A stretch of 64,000 nt of DNA, from positions 3,001-67,000 of the forward strand of contig CAZVZC010000006.1 in the NCBI GenBank assembly GCA_964631415.1, read 5' to 3'. Numbering within the stretch: the stretch's first letter is position 1; every line of letters begins with the position of its first letter. Positions 8,556 through 18,465 of this stretch are shown here, one piece after another. Position numbers and translations under genes: made by a program. The stretch comes from an uncultured archaeon. Its GTDB lineage: Archaea > Asgardarchaeota > Thorarchaeia > Thorarchaeales > Thorarchaeaceae. The notes beneath the pieces were generated by a model, which worked only from the letters and a program-made list of their open reading frames with translations, searched no databases and was not told the origin of the DNA.

Positions 8556-10262
8556 TCAGCTTGTTTTATGCCGCCGCAGAACTATCACGATTAGGACGAC
8601 TGCTGCAACCCCTGCCAAACCAACAATCACCAAGACCTGAGTGCCATCAGCTAGCTGGGTAGTCGTAGTAGTAGTCGTAGTCGTCGTACTCGTTGTGGTT
8701 GAACCAGAGGTCGTGAACACGAACATAGCATGACTCCAGACCCCTTCAGAGCTGTATGCGTAGACATCCAGTCGATGCTGACCCGGTGGAGATGGCAACC
8801 CTGCAAGTGCCGTCATGTTTGCCGCCCCATCCCAAGAGTAAAGCTTCGAAACCGGGACCTCACTAAAGTAGATCTCCGGCATCGTGCCAGCGAGCTTGAC
8901 AGTGTTGTTGGCGACAGTCCTCAGGAAGATCTCAATCGGTCCTTCGTACGGTAGTTTGTAGTTATCCATGGTCACGGAGTCCAGCCCGATCGCCGTGATG
9001 TTCACGAAACTCGCACTCACTCCCACTCTCAAGTAGTGATTGAAGGCTCCACCCCAAGGAGTGCCGTACAGTGGGGCGCCGGCGCCGCCTGTAATGAGAT
9101 GCACGACTCCATTGACAGTCATGCGATTGTACAGGTGGTCATGACCTGCCACTAACAGTGTGACATTAGTAGACTCGAAGAGCTGCTGCAGACCATCACG
9201 TTCTGTTTTGTTTACATCGAGCGAACTCCCAATGTGGCTCAGCGGGTAGAGAGGTCGATGAACGAACACGAACTTCATTCGTGATCCTGAACTCATGAGG
9301 TTGCTCGTCAGCCAACTGGACTGTGACCCAGTGATTCTGCCCTGAGGACCAGAAACCTCCGAATCTAGAATGACAAAATGGACTCCGGCATAGTTGAAGG
9401 AGAAGTAAGTTGAGGGTTCTCCGAACTGCTCAAAGGCATCAAGGAAGTAGCTTATCATGGGAGAGCCAACGGCTAGCCCGGTGTCGTGGTTGCCGACAGC
9501 AGCGTAGATCGGGACGTAGTGCGCGAGGCGTTCAGTGACGTTGAGGAAAGCTGACCACCTTAATGCGTTGGCGCCAAGGTCATTGGTTACGGAGTATACA
9601 TAGTCGCCGGTCATCACCACGATGTGTGGGGCCTCAGCAATCGTCATATCGATGATTTGAGAGTACGCTGCCGGCTGTACGTAGGTGTCAGTGTCAGGCC
9701 TGTTGTCTCCAAAGACGACCATCTTGAACGGCTCACCGTCTGCTGGAGCAGTCTTGAAATTGTAGATGTCGCTCGAAACATCGCTAGAGGTGACCTTGTA
9801 GTAGTAGATCTTCCCATCCTCGAGCCCACTTAGCATGATGCGATGAGTGACATCAGGTGTGCTATTGGACACCTTCTCGGCAAGACTGACGTTTAGCCCG
9901 TATTCCACCGTTGCATTTGTCAGACAGCACGTCATCCACAGCAGCACAGCCGATTGGTTCGTCACCATGTGCACAGTTGGTCCTCGAGTAATCGACGCAA
10001 ATGATGACTCCATGTACATTTTCTGACTGGGATTCGCTTGTGCAAGTCTGTTTCCTGCTAAGACTCCGGTGGAAAGCGGGAGAACAACGAGCAAAAACAG
10101 GACTAGATGACCGATAGTTCTATGCAAACTGCTCAACCTGCTCCGTGAAGAGCGGGACCTAGTACTTAAGCACTGACCTACGACGAGCTTCAGCGCATCG
10201 GTGAACAACATGGAGGACAACCGCGTCATTCGCTCGTATAGGAAGGGCGATGAGTACGCCAT
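8556..10262 (-). CDS. Membrane-anchored metallophosphoesterase, purple-acid-phosphatase-like
   Basis: Calcineurin-like motifs 'VVFGDNRPD', 'MTGDYVY', 'AAVGNHD', 'VFVHRP' and 'AGHDH' are present. A PAP-type N-terminal FN3-like domain is suggested by 'VEYGLN...YYYKV'. There is an N-terminal signal/anchor and a C-terminal 'TTTSTTTTTTTTTT' stalk followed by a TM and 'RRHK'. The gene probably starts at ATG 10229 or 10211. Confidence 0.85.
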   Translation of the reverse strand: MAYSSPFLYERMTRLSSMLFTDALKLVVGQCLSTRSRSSRSRLSSLHRTIGHLVLFLLVVLPLSTGVLAGNRLAQANPSQKMYMESSFASITRGPTVHMVTNQSAVLLWMTCCLTNATVEYGLNVSLAEKVSNSTPDVTHRIMLSGLEDGKIYYYKVTSSDVSSDIYNFKTAPADGEPFKMVVFGDNRPDTDTYVQPAAYSQIIDMTIAEAPHIVVMTGDYVYSVTNDLGANALRWSAFLNVTERLAHYVPIYAAVGNHDTGLAVGSPMISYFLDAFEQFGEPSTYFSFNYAGVHFVILDSEVSGPQGRITGSQSSWLTSNLMSSGSRMKFVFVHRPLYPLSHIGSSLDVNKTERDGLQQLFESTNVTLLVAGHDHLYNRMTVNGVVHLITGGAGAPLYGTPWGGAFNHYLRVGVSASFVNITAIGLDSVTMDNYKLPYEGPIEIFLRTVANNTVKLAGTMPEIYFSEVPVSKLYSWDGAANMTALAGLPSPPGQHRLDVYAYSSEGVWSHAMFVFTTSGSTTTSTTTTTTTTTTQLADGTQVLVIVGLAGVAAVVLIVIVLRRHKTS

Positions 10263-11301
10263 AACGCGTCTCTACAACCTTTGCTTCAGCGAGAGCGGAG
10301 TCCTGTTTCCACGTTCTCCTGAGAGCTGGATTTGGCGCTATGTGAATCGTCCTCGATTCGATCCAGATTCAGTGTTTCTAGCTGAGGATTCTGGCAGGCT
10401 TGTTGCTTCTCTGGTCATGACATATGGCGATATGTCCGTGAACGGGGACTCAATGCCAGTCGCCATGATCGATGATGTTTCGACACACCCTGACCATAGG
10501 AAGCGGGGCTTGGCATCCATGCTCGTCCAGCGAGCCGTCGACCGTGCCAAGGATAAAGGGTGTCGACTCGTCCACCTTACGGCAGCCACCTCTGGAACTG
10601 CATTCAAAATCTATCATCGGGCCGGCTTCAGAACTGTGACGACGTGCGATGTCATGTTCTCCGTGCTTCACGGACGTGAGGGAGCTGGTATTGCGGGTCC
10701 GGCCTTGTCGCTGCCGATAATGGCAGCTCACGTGATTCTCAGCACGAGAGCGAAGAAAAGTGGGGACAGCAAAGTGAAACTCGAAAAGATAGTTGAAGAG
10801 GATGCGGGTGTCAGACTCCTCGCTACACACCAGAGGCTGTCTGGGCGAAACGGACTCTTGATTGTTGGGCAAGACTATGGAAGATGGCTCATCGGACCCA
10901 GACCCCTCGGAAACACAGTCCTGTTTGCGATGAAGCGTCTTGGTGACGAAATCGGGGCAATGACCGTTTCATCAGTTTACACTCTATTCCATGGCAGGCC
11001 TGCGAAGATCGCCAGCACAATGAGCCCTCTCATACGTGGGGAATTGAGGACCGTGGAGACAGTTGCAGCTGCGCTGAAGAGGGCAGGACAGTTCTCAGCA
11101 GTCCGTTTGGGCTGCGCAGCGGCGACCTTGTTGACAGACTCTCGGGATACCATCACCAAGAAGGCCTGCCAACGGGCTGGGTTCTTACGTGTTGGGTCCA
11201 CTGCATCAATGGTACATCCTCTTGGGCAACCAAGCAGGACAGGGGAACTCAGAAAGAGACTCTGGGCTCAGACCCTAGAAACAGCAAAGTCTGCCCCCTA
11301 A
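10201..11301 (+). CDS. GNAT family N-acetyltransferase with C-terminal extension
   Basis: 'THPDHRKRGLASMLVQRAVDRAKDKG' is the acetyl-CoA binding motif A. 366 aa. An alternative start is ATG 10210. Confidence 0.75.
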   Translation: MNNMEDNRVIRSYRKGDEYAITRLYNLCFSESGVLFPRSPESWIWRYVNRPRFDPDSVFLAEDSGRLVASLVMTYGDMSVNGDSMPVAMIDDVSTHPDHRKRGLASMLVQRAVDRAKDKGCRLVHLTAATSGTAFKIYHRAGFRTVTTCDVMFSVLHGREGAGIAGPALSLPIMAAHVILSTRAKKSGDSKVKLEKIVEEDAGVRLLATHQRLSGRNGLLIVGQDYGRWLIGPRPLGNTVLFAMKRLGDEIGAMTVSSVYTLFHGRPAKIASTMSPLIRGELRTVETVAAALKRAGQFSAVRLGCAAATLLTDSRDTITKKACQRAGFLRVGSTASMVHPLGQPSRTGELRKRLWAQTLETAKSAP

Positions 11302-11363
11302 TAAGTGTCTGCGGTGGAGCTCGCACTGCAGCAGTACGATGATATTCCCTACCCACAACAGTT

Positions 11364-12314
11364 TTGAACCATGGGTCCATCACAAAGATGGGTGTTAGTG
11401 TGTACATCAAGATACGCAAGGACGGGGCCTTGGGCTTTGGCCGCGGCACTGAAGGTGTAGCAGAAATCACGCTGGGCTATGGCGAAGCACATATGGCGGC
11501 AGCCGCCCTCGAGAAGCTCGCGCAGACCGCTCGCAGCTACAAGCAGACATATGTTAAGACGACTGGTGTAGGCGGCGGCAACAGAATAGACTTTGAGAGG
11601 GCAGATGATGGCACAATCACGATTTCGGGTGATGGTCATTCATACTTCTGCACCGAGAAAGAAGTGAGAGACCTGGCAGAACTGCTGAACCATCTGCCTC
11701 CTGTTCAAGTGTCACCGGCGTCTGACTATGTTCAGAAGATCGCACCCGAAGCGGGCATCTGTATCACCGTCAAGAATGGTGGAAAAGCGATCCAGATGAA
11801 ACTCCCTGAAGCAGCCCTAATGAAGACTGCAGTCGTCACCAGTCTTGAAAGCCGGTTCTACGAGGAACACATTGTAGTTGGCAATCGGAGGTTGAGTGTT
11901 CAGAGAAGCAGCGACTTGAAATGGGAGCTCGGTGTGAATGAAGAGAGAGTGAAGTTCACAGCTTACGAGATTGAGGCTCTGCTCGCTGGTCTCCAGAACT
12001 CCATACTCGACGTATTGATGGACCTAGTGAAGTCATTGGGGTCGGACAAGATTGCAGACATCAGGGTCAAGAGTCAGATACAGAGAGTAGAGCAGGAGTC
12101 TCTAAAGACACTTGGAGACTTCAAGAAAGCCAAGACGATCTCCAAGAACGTGACAAAGTCAGCTACGAGAATCCTAGGAACATCAGAGGACGCTGATTCA
12201 CGGACTACCGAGTTCATAGAGATGGTCAAGTATGTGTATTCAAGTGTGGAGCCACAGTTCCACGCGCCCCTGTTCGATCTCCTCGGATCCGCGTTTGTGT
12301 TCACAAGCAAGTGA
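11364..12314 (+). CDS. Hypothetical protein (316 aa)
   Basis: Long uninterrupted ORF with normal amino-acid composition. I recognise no motif. Confidence 0.6.
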   Translation: MNHGSITKMGVSVYIKIRKDGALGFGRGTEGVAEITLGYGEAHMAAAALEKLAQTARSYKQTYVKTTGVGGGNRIDFERADDGTITISGDGHSYFCTEKEVRDLAELLNHLPPVQVSPASDYVQKIAPEAGICITVKNGGKAIQMKLPEAALMKTAVVTSLESRFYEEHIVVGNRRLSVQRSSDLKWELGVNEERVKFTAYEIEALLAGLQNSILDVLMDLVKSLGSDKIADIRVKSQIQRVEQESLKTLGDFKKAKTISKNVTKSATRILGTSEDADSRTTEFIEMVKYVYSSVEPQFHAPLFDLLGSAFVFTSK

Positions 12315-12329
12315 CCGTCCTACTCCAAC

Positions 12330-13760
12330 CTAGGCAGGCGGGGGCGAGTCAAGTACTGCAATGGACCAAGGATACTTGTCCAGTACCCCTTGGAGCAGTC
12401 TACGTACCTTCCGCTCTTCGGAAGTGCCAGCATAGGCAAGTAGAAGGACGAGCCCCCCTCTCGTGCGCTTAAACTTCTGATACATCGTCTTTGTGGTGTT
12501 TATGGTGTCGCACACGACCATCACATCAGCTTGAGGGATGTCCAGGTCTCTTTCACCGACAGGCGACATCACAAGTACACTCTGTTCATCGTCTTCTTTG
12601 AACCGTTTGAGAACATCCGCCTTGTCAGTAGTCGCGCCAGTTATTGCCAGCACACTGAAACCCGATTTCCCCAGCACACTCTGAATCTGCTTCAACATCT
12701 CAATATAGGACGTCAGCACTACGGTCTTCTTGTGTTTGACTGCGATCTCAAGGACACGCAAGGCCTTGGCTGACACTGTGTGAAAACCACGACCAAGCTG
12801 GCCTAGATTGAAGTAGTGTTTGAGATAGTCACCGTGGAACATCCTGAGGAACTGCTTGGGCGGCATGGCGTAGACATATTTGCGAAGCATGAGTAGTGAC
12901 GAATACTGACCCTTGAGGTCGTCCGACACAGGAAGCCTCTCCAGAAGAAGATGGACTCTCCTCGAGTCGCCTTCTATGAGGTCGAGATTGTCTGTCTCCT
13001 CAAGATCTCTCATTATCTCTGCGCGGACGCTACGGATCAACTCGTCAAGCACTAGTGATACAGATCTGATTCTCGCATCCACGACTGGACTCATTGCCAA
13101 GAAAGTCGGTTCAAGGTATTCCTCGACATCAGTGCCATACAGCTCCTCCATTGTGATCACACGAGCACCCGTGATGTACTCTTTGAGAGTATCCAGTTCC
13201 CTCCGGATCTCAAGCTGTTCTGCGCTGAACACTGCGTGGTCATCACGTAGCGTGCCGCTCATGCCAATCAGCCACCTGTCCTTGAACACTGCAAGAATCG
13301 TGGACCATGGATAGACAAGAGTGGACGCACTGCTCGTTCTCTTCACTAGCGTGTCGACTTCGTTTATCAATAGCATTTCAACTGAGTCAAACAGACTAGG
13401 CTGAGTTGCGGCCATTGAGGCGAGGACTTGAGGAGTGGCTACTATCACACGTTTCTCAGCTAGTTGCCGTGCCCTTCGAGATGACGGCACCCTCGATGAC
13501 AGCTCGCCAAGATCCTTGTCGAGGCCGCCGTATTCCTTTCGCATGTAGTCAATGGTCTCTGCGAGAGAGGATGATGAATGGACGACAATCAGTATCTTCG
13601 AGTTCGGAAATCTCTGTGTGACCAGCTGGTGAGTGATGAACCGTTTTCCTAGGCCGCAGTCCAGCTCTAGGAGTAGATTAGTCCCTCTTAGCTGCGAGAC
13701 TCTATCCAGTATGTAGTTCTGGTAGCCTCGGGGTGTGTACTTCGGCTTCGACTCCGACAT
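12330..13760 (-). CDS. Superfamily-2 helicase-like protein (Hef/ERCC4-helicase-like core) with atypical motif II
   Basis: 'PRGYQNYILD', motif I 'DCGLGKR', motif II position 'LLINEVD', motif III 'MSGT', motif VI-like 'QKFKRTRGG'. Two RecA-like halves, 476 aa. Confidence 0.7.
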   Translation of the reverse strand: MSESKPKYTPRGYQNYILDRVSQLRGTNLLLELDCGLGKRFITHQLVTQRFPNSKILIVVHSSSSLAETIDYMRKEYGGLDKDLGELSSRVPSSRRARQLAEKRVIVATPQVLASMAATQPSLFDSVEMLLINEVDTLVKRTSSASTLVYPWSTILAVFKDRWLIGMSGTLRDDHAVFSAEQLEIRRELDTLKEYITGARVITMEELYGTDVEEYLEPTFLAMSPVVDARIRSVSLVLDELIRSVRAEIMRDLEETDNLDLIEGDSRRVHLLLERLPVSDDLKGQYSSLLMLRKYVYAMPPKQFLRMFHGDYLKHYFNLGQLGRGFHTVSAKALRVLEIAVKHKKTVVLTSYIEMLKQIQSVLGKSGFSVLAITGATTDKADVLKRFKEDDEQSVLVMSPVGERDLDIPQADVMVVCDTINTTKTMYQKFKRTRGGLVLLLAYAGTSEERKVRRLLQGVLDKYPWSIAVLDSPPPA

Positions 13761-13980
13761 GATAATGGCACGTCCGTGCGCAGTCTTATCAATCCATACT
13801 GGGAGAGACCTTGAAAACCATGGCCTGTGTCCCTATTGACGATATGTCTTCGGGCCCAGCACGCCATTGCTTTCTCTACAACTGACCGGTCAGCACTCCG
13901 AACTGCTTTACAGCCTTTTGGCTCTTGGCTTGTTCCAGCAGGATCATGACCGGAACCTGGGCAGATAGACAGACCGCGAC

Positions 13981-14862
13981 TCACTGAGAGCCAGAAGGCT
14001 TGGTGTGGGGATTATCCGCGTTGTGTGTTTCAGAGCTATTAGGCACAACGTGCGAATCGATTGCACCCTGCGACTGAAGAGCCACGATGACCTCTGGCTT
14101 CTTCGGAATTGCCTTCCCGTTCACCCAGATACTGTTCGGGGGTATTGCTCTATCCTTGGGTACGACCGTGTTTGCTCCAATGATCACATTGTCGCCGATA
14201 TCAGCACCAGCTAGGATTACCGCGTTGGCCCCGACAGTCACATTGTTGCCGATTCGTACGGTCTTCAGATACAATCTGTCGCCCTCGTAGACATGACCAC
14301 TCATTATGGCGTTGTATCCAAAGAAGCAGTTGCTCCCGATCACTGTGCGCTCAGGATTGAACAGGCGTCCGTTACCGACAATAGTGTTCTTGCCAATCTT
14401 AGCGCCAAAGAGCGTGTGTCTTGGTTTGGTGTCGAGAAAGACAGAGAAGAACGATGTGAAACGGGCAAAGAGGACGTAGTACGATTCGTAGTACTCGTAC
14501 GTCAGCCACTGTTCGGACTCAACTGTGTAGTACCCGTCATCAAAGTGAGGCAACAAGTGCCGTGATCCCTTGAACATCAAGGCGAGGAGTCCCAAGAAGA
14601 TGCCATAGCAGATGGCTATGCTGGGTACAAACAAGACAATGAACCAGAGCTTCACAGAAACAAACTCTGGCAGGAAGGAACCAAGCGTGCTCTGGAAGAA
14701 GAGCCGGAATGGTGCGAATGGCCAGCCAACCGCGTTCAGCAAAGGGTCCAAGTTGTGGAATAGGAGGAACATCAGGAGCATAGCTGGAAGAGAGGCTGCC
14801 GACATGCTGACAAGGACCGACAGTACCAAGTACACTGAGTAGGCGATGGATTTCAGCTTCAT
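13981..14862 (-). CDS. Membrane-anchored hexapeptide-repeat (LbH) acyl/acetyltransferase
   Basis: The N-terminal ~150 aa are hydrophobic (several TM segments). The C-terminus carries hexapeptide repeats 'IGNNVTVGANAVILAGADIGDNVIIGANTVV'. Confidence 0.75.
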   Translation of the reverse strand: MKLKSIAYSVYLVLSVLVSMSAASLPAMLLMFLLFHNLDPLLNAVGWPFAPFRLFFQSTLGSFLPEFVSVKLWFIVLFVPSIAICYGIFLGLLALMFKGSRHLLPHFDDGYYTVESEQWLTYEYYESYYVLFARFTSFFSVFLDTKPRHTLFGAKIGKNTIVGNGRLFNPERTVIGSNCFFGYNAIMSGHVYEGDRLYLKTVRIGNNVTVGANAVILAGADIGDNVIIGANTVVPKDRAIPPNSIWVNGKAIPKKPEVIVALQSQGAIDSHVVPNSSETHNADNPHTKPSGSQ

Positions 14863-14956
14863 TCGTGGTTCGCTCTTCTGCGCTGGTCAAGCGCTATGAC
14901 ACCAAGCGGCCTTTTAACATATACTCGTAGTCAACTCAACCAAGGCTTGTTCTAGA

Positions 14957-14966
14957 AAAGCATATA
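14957..14966 (+). promoter_or_regulatory. BRE/TATA-like element upstream of the reductase gene
   Basis: 'aaagcatata' lies about 45 nt upstream of ATG 15010. 'aggggt' at 14995-15000 is a possible RBS. Confidence 0.3.
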
Positions 14967-15009
14967 CGCGCATGTCCGGAGCCGAGCATCTCTCAGGGGT
15001 ACTGACATC

Positions 15010-16239
15010 ATGACACATGATCTCGTGATTGCCGGAGCTGGCCCTGCAGGACTGATGACAGCTCAGAGAGCGTCACAGCATGGGTTGAAGGTGCTCTTGC
15101 TGGAGAGGCATCAGACCGTGACCGACTCACTGATGGGAGAACTGGTCACGCAGAAGGCTCTGAGCTTGTTGAACGTGCCAAACACGTCAGAGTGTGTTGT
15201 GAACCGATTCACGTCGATTGTTGGCGAGAGTCTTGACACAGGTTCACACATCGCCGTCGACCGTACACTGCTGGGGAACTCCTATTTGCTCGACGAGGAC
15301 AGGTGTCAGGAGCTGATGAGAGACCGGGCAGTTTCAAATGGAGCCGAGTTCAACTACCGAGCGAAGGTCGACTCAGTAATCAAGGAAGGGGAGCAGGTTG
15401 TTGGCATCAGATACAATGGGAATCAGGAAGCTAGGGCAAGTCTGACTGTTGGAGCCGACGGGTCATTCAGCAGGGTCTCGTCGAGCGCAGGCTTCGTCCA
15501 TCCCAGGTGGCTGCTCAGTTATGGGTATCGCTTCAAATTGGAGGGCTGCAAGATAGAGGACCCCCACACTGCCTACTTCTATGTAGGGAGAAACGTTGGC
15601 CTAGGTTATCTTTGGCTATATCCCCGTAGTGAGTCGGAAACGAACCTGGGGATAGGCAGGGTGCCATCGTCAAGATTGAGCTGGGAAAAACTGCCTCCAA
15701 TGAAAGACGTTCTGATGAAGTACATGAAGGAGCACGAGGAAACCAGGAACGCTAAGATAGTCAATGTGAATGGCGGCGTTGTGCCATGTACTGGCCTTAT
15801 TCCTTCATTCACCGGTGCGGGTGTCGCGCTCTGTGGAAACGCCGCTGGTCAGGTGTCATCAATTGTGGGCGGCGGTGTCACAACCTGTCTTCACGCCGGG
15901 ACGCTACTCGCCAAACACGCGAAACGTATGGTCGAAGAGAATGACTTCTCCAGAAAGGGTACAATGCTCTATGAGAGCGAGTACAGAAAGTCAAAACTGG
16001 CAAGAAGCATCACGAACACAGGGAATGGCATGTATGCGGTTTCAAAGTATGCGATGCTGAATGATCCAGTTGCGGCAGCAGAAATAGTCCTCAGTCAGCT
16101 TGATGCCACCACTCTGAACGAGGTGATTCAGGGTCGCCTGAAGGCGGGCACAATAATGTCTCTTGTGACCGATTTTCTACCGCTCGTAGTAAAGATTGGC
16201 GCCGGGTATGTGAAGAGTGTTGCTGTCACTGGAGTCTAG
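15010..16239 (+). CDS. FAD-dependent oxidoreductase, geranylgeranyl reductase family
   Basis: 'DLVIAGAGPAGLMTAQRASQHGLKVLLLER' is a GxGxxG...E dinucleotide fold. The 409-aa size and overall layout fit archaeal geranylgeranyl reductases. Confidence 0.75.
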   Translation: MTHDLVIAGAGPAGLMTAQRASQHGLKVLLLERHQTVTDSLMGELVTQKALSLLNVPNTSECVVNRFTSIVGESLDTGSHIAVDRTLLGNSYLLDEDRCQELMRDRAVSNGAEFNYRAKVDSVIKEGEQVVGIRYNGNQEARASLTVGADGSFSRVSSSAGFVHPRWLLSYGYRFKLEGCKIEDPHTAYFYVGRNVGLGYLWLYPRSESETNLGIGRVPSSRLSWEKLPPMKDVLMKYMKEHEETRNAKIVNVNGGVVPCTGLIPSFTGAGVALCGNAAGQVSSIVGGGVTTCLHAGTLLAKHAKRMVEENDFSRKGTMLYESEYRKSKLARSITNTGNGMYAVSKYAMLNDPVAAAEIVLSQLDATTLNEVIQGRLKAGTIMSLVTDFLPLVVKIGAGYVKSVAVTGV

Positions 16240-16441
16240 AAAAGACTTCAGAAATGGAACCCCCAGGCAACGGATTTTGGTCCGCCCCCTCTTACCCGCT
16301 TCGTATATGCCCCGTCAGCCGTCTTAGTGGTCATCCAATCGAACAGACCACCATCTGTCATTAGGAGAGAAGCGATATAAAGTCGAACTTTGTAAACTAG
16401 CACCAAGCTACTGTCCACATACTGTCTTTGCTCAGACGCTG

Positions 16442-17509
16442 GTGTGCAGTGAATTGGCGGAACTCCCATCTATTTCTTCACGAGAAAGGCTCGAGAAGTC
16501 ACTAGGTATGCTGGGCTTTGCCCACGACAGACCGGCCCTCAGCGTTCTGCGGGCCATACTGAATGTACATTCCTCACTTCAGCGCCCTGTGGTTGCTCTT
16601 GAGATATATGACGGCCTTTTGCAGGCGGAACCTGGTGCACATCTCACCCGAACATGGGTGAGAAAGGTCTTGGAGGCTCTGGTCAATATGCGGATGGTAA
16701 TGGTCGAGAGTGATACAGCACACGGGAAGAAGTACAGCGCAGACGCAAACACCATTGTGACAGGACTGGAGGATCTCAAGCACCAAACTCTGACGAGGTT
16801 AGAAACACGACGCAGGTTTCTCCAAGAGGAACTGTCGATGCTGTCTTCGGTCGACTTCAGCCACACGGCAAGGAGCCTCACGCACAGAACTGGGAACACC
16901 AAGGAGCAACCTCGATCGAGGCTTCTGAAGGGACTTGAGGCATACAGAGAAATAACCAACAGTGAAATATACGGCAGGGCAGGGGCTGGAAGCATCATAA
17001 GAGTTGCCAGACTCTGGCTTAGGCCGTTCATGAGTACCGTCGTAGAAGCGTTTGACGAGTTGTCAAGCGCCGTCGAGAGAGGGGCAGAGCTCCAGTTTTG
17101 CGTGACTCCCGACATCCTCACACAGGGCGATCTTCTTGCCACCGGTTTGCCGGAAACCAAGCTGGTAGAATCTTTTGCCAGAGTAGCCAAATTGAGGAAG
17201 GAGGGGGCAAGGATTGATGTGAGGGTCTGTGGCCCCAATGCGAAAACGTACCACTTCTCCAGCTTGAATGACGAGAGTATGGTCATCTTGCTCTCTGAGG
17301 ACCCGCTGGCAGCTACTTGGGTGAGCCGTAGCTTCAACCCCGACTTCGTCAAGAGTGCCATTGCGTCATTCGACCGTACATGGATACAGTCAGTTTCTCT
17401 CTTCGACTCCCCTCAGCGCCTGATTGAGAGGTTCCCCGGGAGTGAGTCAGGGTATCTCGTTTCGACGATGATTGGGAGTCAGAAGAGAATGGAAGGCAAG
17501 AAGGTGTGA
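16442..17509 (+). CDS. TrmB-like transcriptional regulator paralog 1 (wHTH + coiled coil + TrmB-type C-terminal domain)
   Basis: wHTH 'LSVLRAILNV...LEIYDGL...RTWVRKVLEALVNMRMVMVE', then a heptad-like segment. C-terminal 'IIRVARL...RIDVRVCGPNAKTYHFSSLND...ATWVSRSFNPDFVKSAIASFDRTW'. GTG start. Confidence 0.7.
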   Translation: MCSELAELPSISSRERLEKSLGMLGFAHDRPALSVLRAILNVHSSLQRPVVALEIYDGLLQAEPGAHLTRTWVRKVLEALVNMRMVMVESDTAHGKKYSADANTIVTGLEDLKHQTLTRLETRRRFLQEELSMLSSVDFSHTARSLTHRTGNTKEQPRSRLLKGLEAYREITNSEIYGRAGAGSIIRVARLWLRPFMSTVVEAFDELSSAVERGAELQFCVTPDILTQGDLLATGLPETKLVESFARVAKLRKEGARIDVRVCGPNAKTYHFSSLNDESMVILLSEDPLAATWVSRSFNPDFVKSAIASFDRTWIQSVSLFDSPQRLIERFPGSESGYLVSTMIGSQKRMEGKKV

Positions 17510-18465
17510 TCATGGTCGATGAGTCGGTGACCCGCGCTCTGAAGGCTCTTGGATTGATTCTGAGAACAGACAAGGACTCCCGCACGTTAGGACTGGTCAG
17601 AGCCGTGCTGGGAAGACAAAAGGAGCAAGGCGGCTCACTCAGCATTGACGAAATCCATGATGAGTTGAGGAGAGAAGAACCAGGGGTGAAACTCTCTAAG
17701 ACGTTCGTGCAGAAAACACTGAGGACCGCTGTTGAAGCTGGATTTGTAAGGGCGACAGGGCATGGCCCTCAGAGAACCCGCTATTCCTCCGACGCGTCGG
17801 CTGTGGAAACGGGACTACATAGGACTGCCGAATCTGCCAAGCGAAGGATACAGCAGGAAATCCGCCTCATCGATTCGGAGTCCGATGCGGCTGCGAGCTT
17901 GGACTGCACAACTCTGGCACAGGACGTGGTGGTAGAGTTCACGGGCAGCAAGCAGAGAATAGGCTCCCGACTGGTCATTGGTGCAGAAGACATCCGGAGA
18001 GCAGTTGGATACAACATGAAGGACATGGCAGGCGAAGGGAGCATCATCCGGGTAGCTGTCATGTCGTCATCTCCATTCATCAATCAGAATGGGGAGGTGG
18101 TTCCAGAGATTGCCCACGCAGTGCTGAGAGACACGAACGTCCGATGCCTTGTATCCTCCAAGATTGTCGAGAGCCTGTTTCGGATTGATGGACGGCAGGA
18201 CAATCGCGAAGATGCATTGGATTCCCCAGAATCCCCTAGAATGGCAGTTAGGGTCTACGACGGACCCATGACGTATCATCAGGTGACACTGAACAACGAT
18301 TGCATGGCACTAATCGTGTCAGAGAAGCCACTGACGGCGGCTTGGATAACTAGACAGTTCAATCCCGACATCATCGACGCATCAGTTCTGAGCTTCGATG
18401 AATCGTGGAAAGAGGCTAGGGCATTGCACACACCCGGCATTAAGGGGGTGTCAGGTAGCTCATGA
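17506..18465 (+). CDS. TrmB-like transcriptional regulator paralog 2
   Basis: 'LGLVRAVLGRQKEQGGSLSIDEIHDEL...KTFVQKTLRTAVEAGFVRA' and the C-terminal 'AAWITRQFNPDIIDASVLSFDESW'. Its GTG overlaps the upstream TGA (GTGA). Confidence 0.7.
   Translation: MIMVDESVTRALKALGLILRTDKDSRTLGLVRAVLGRQKEQGGSLSIDEIHDELRREEPGVKLSKTFVQKTLRTAVEAGFVRATGHGPQRTRYSSDASAVETGLHRTAESAKRRIQQEIRLIDSESDAAASLDCTTLAQDVVVEFTGSKQRIGSRLVIGAEDIRRAVGYNMKDMAGEGSIIRVAVMSSSPFINQNGEVVPEIAHAVLRDTNVRCLVSSKIVESLFRIDGRQDNREDALDSPESPRMAVRVYDGPMTYHQVTLNNDCMALIVSEKPLTAAWITRQFNPDIIDASVLSFDESWKEARALHTPGIKGVSGSS

Noticed and set aside
10201-10262. 62-nt overlap of the divergent phosphoesterase and GNAT ORFs.
   Set aside because: It is most likely an artefact of taking the most upstream starts. 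Internal ATGs at 10229/10211 on the - strand and 10210 on the + strand remove or shrink the overlap.
16579-17361. 260-aa minus-strand ORF opposite TrmB-like paralog 1.
   Set aside because: It is entirely antisense to a gene with clear paralog support. Its S/L/R-rich composition carries no motifs.
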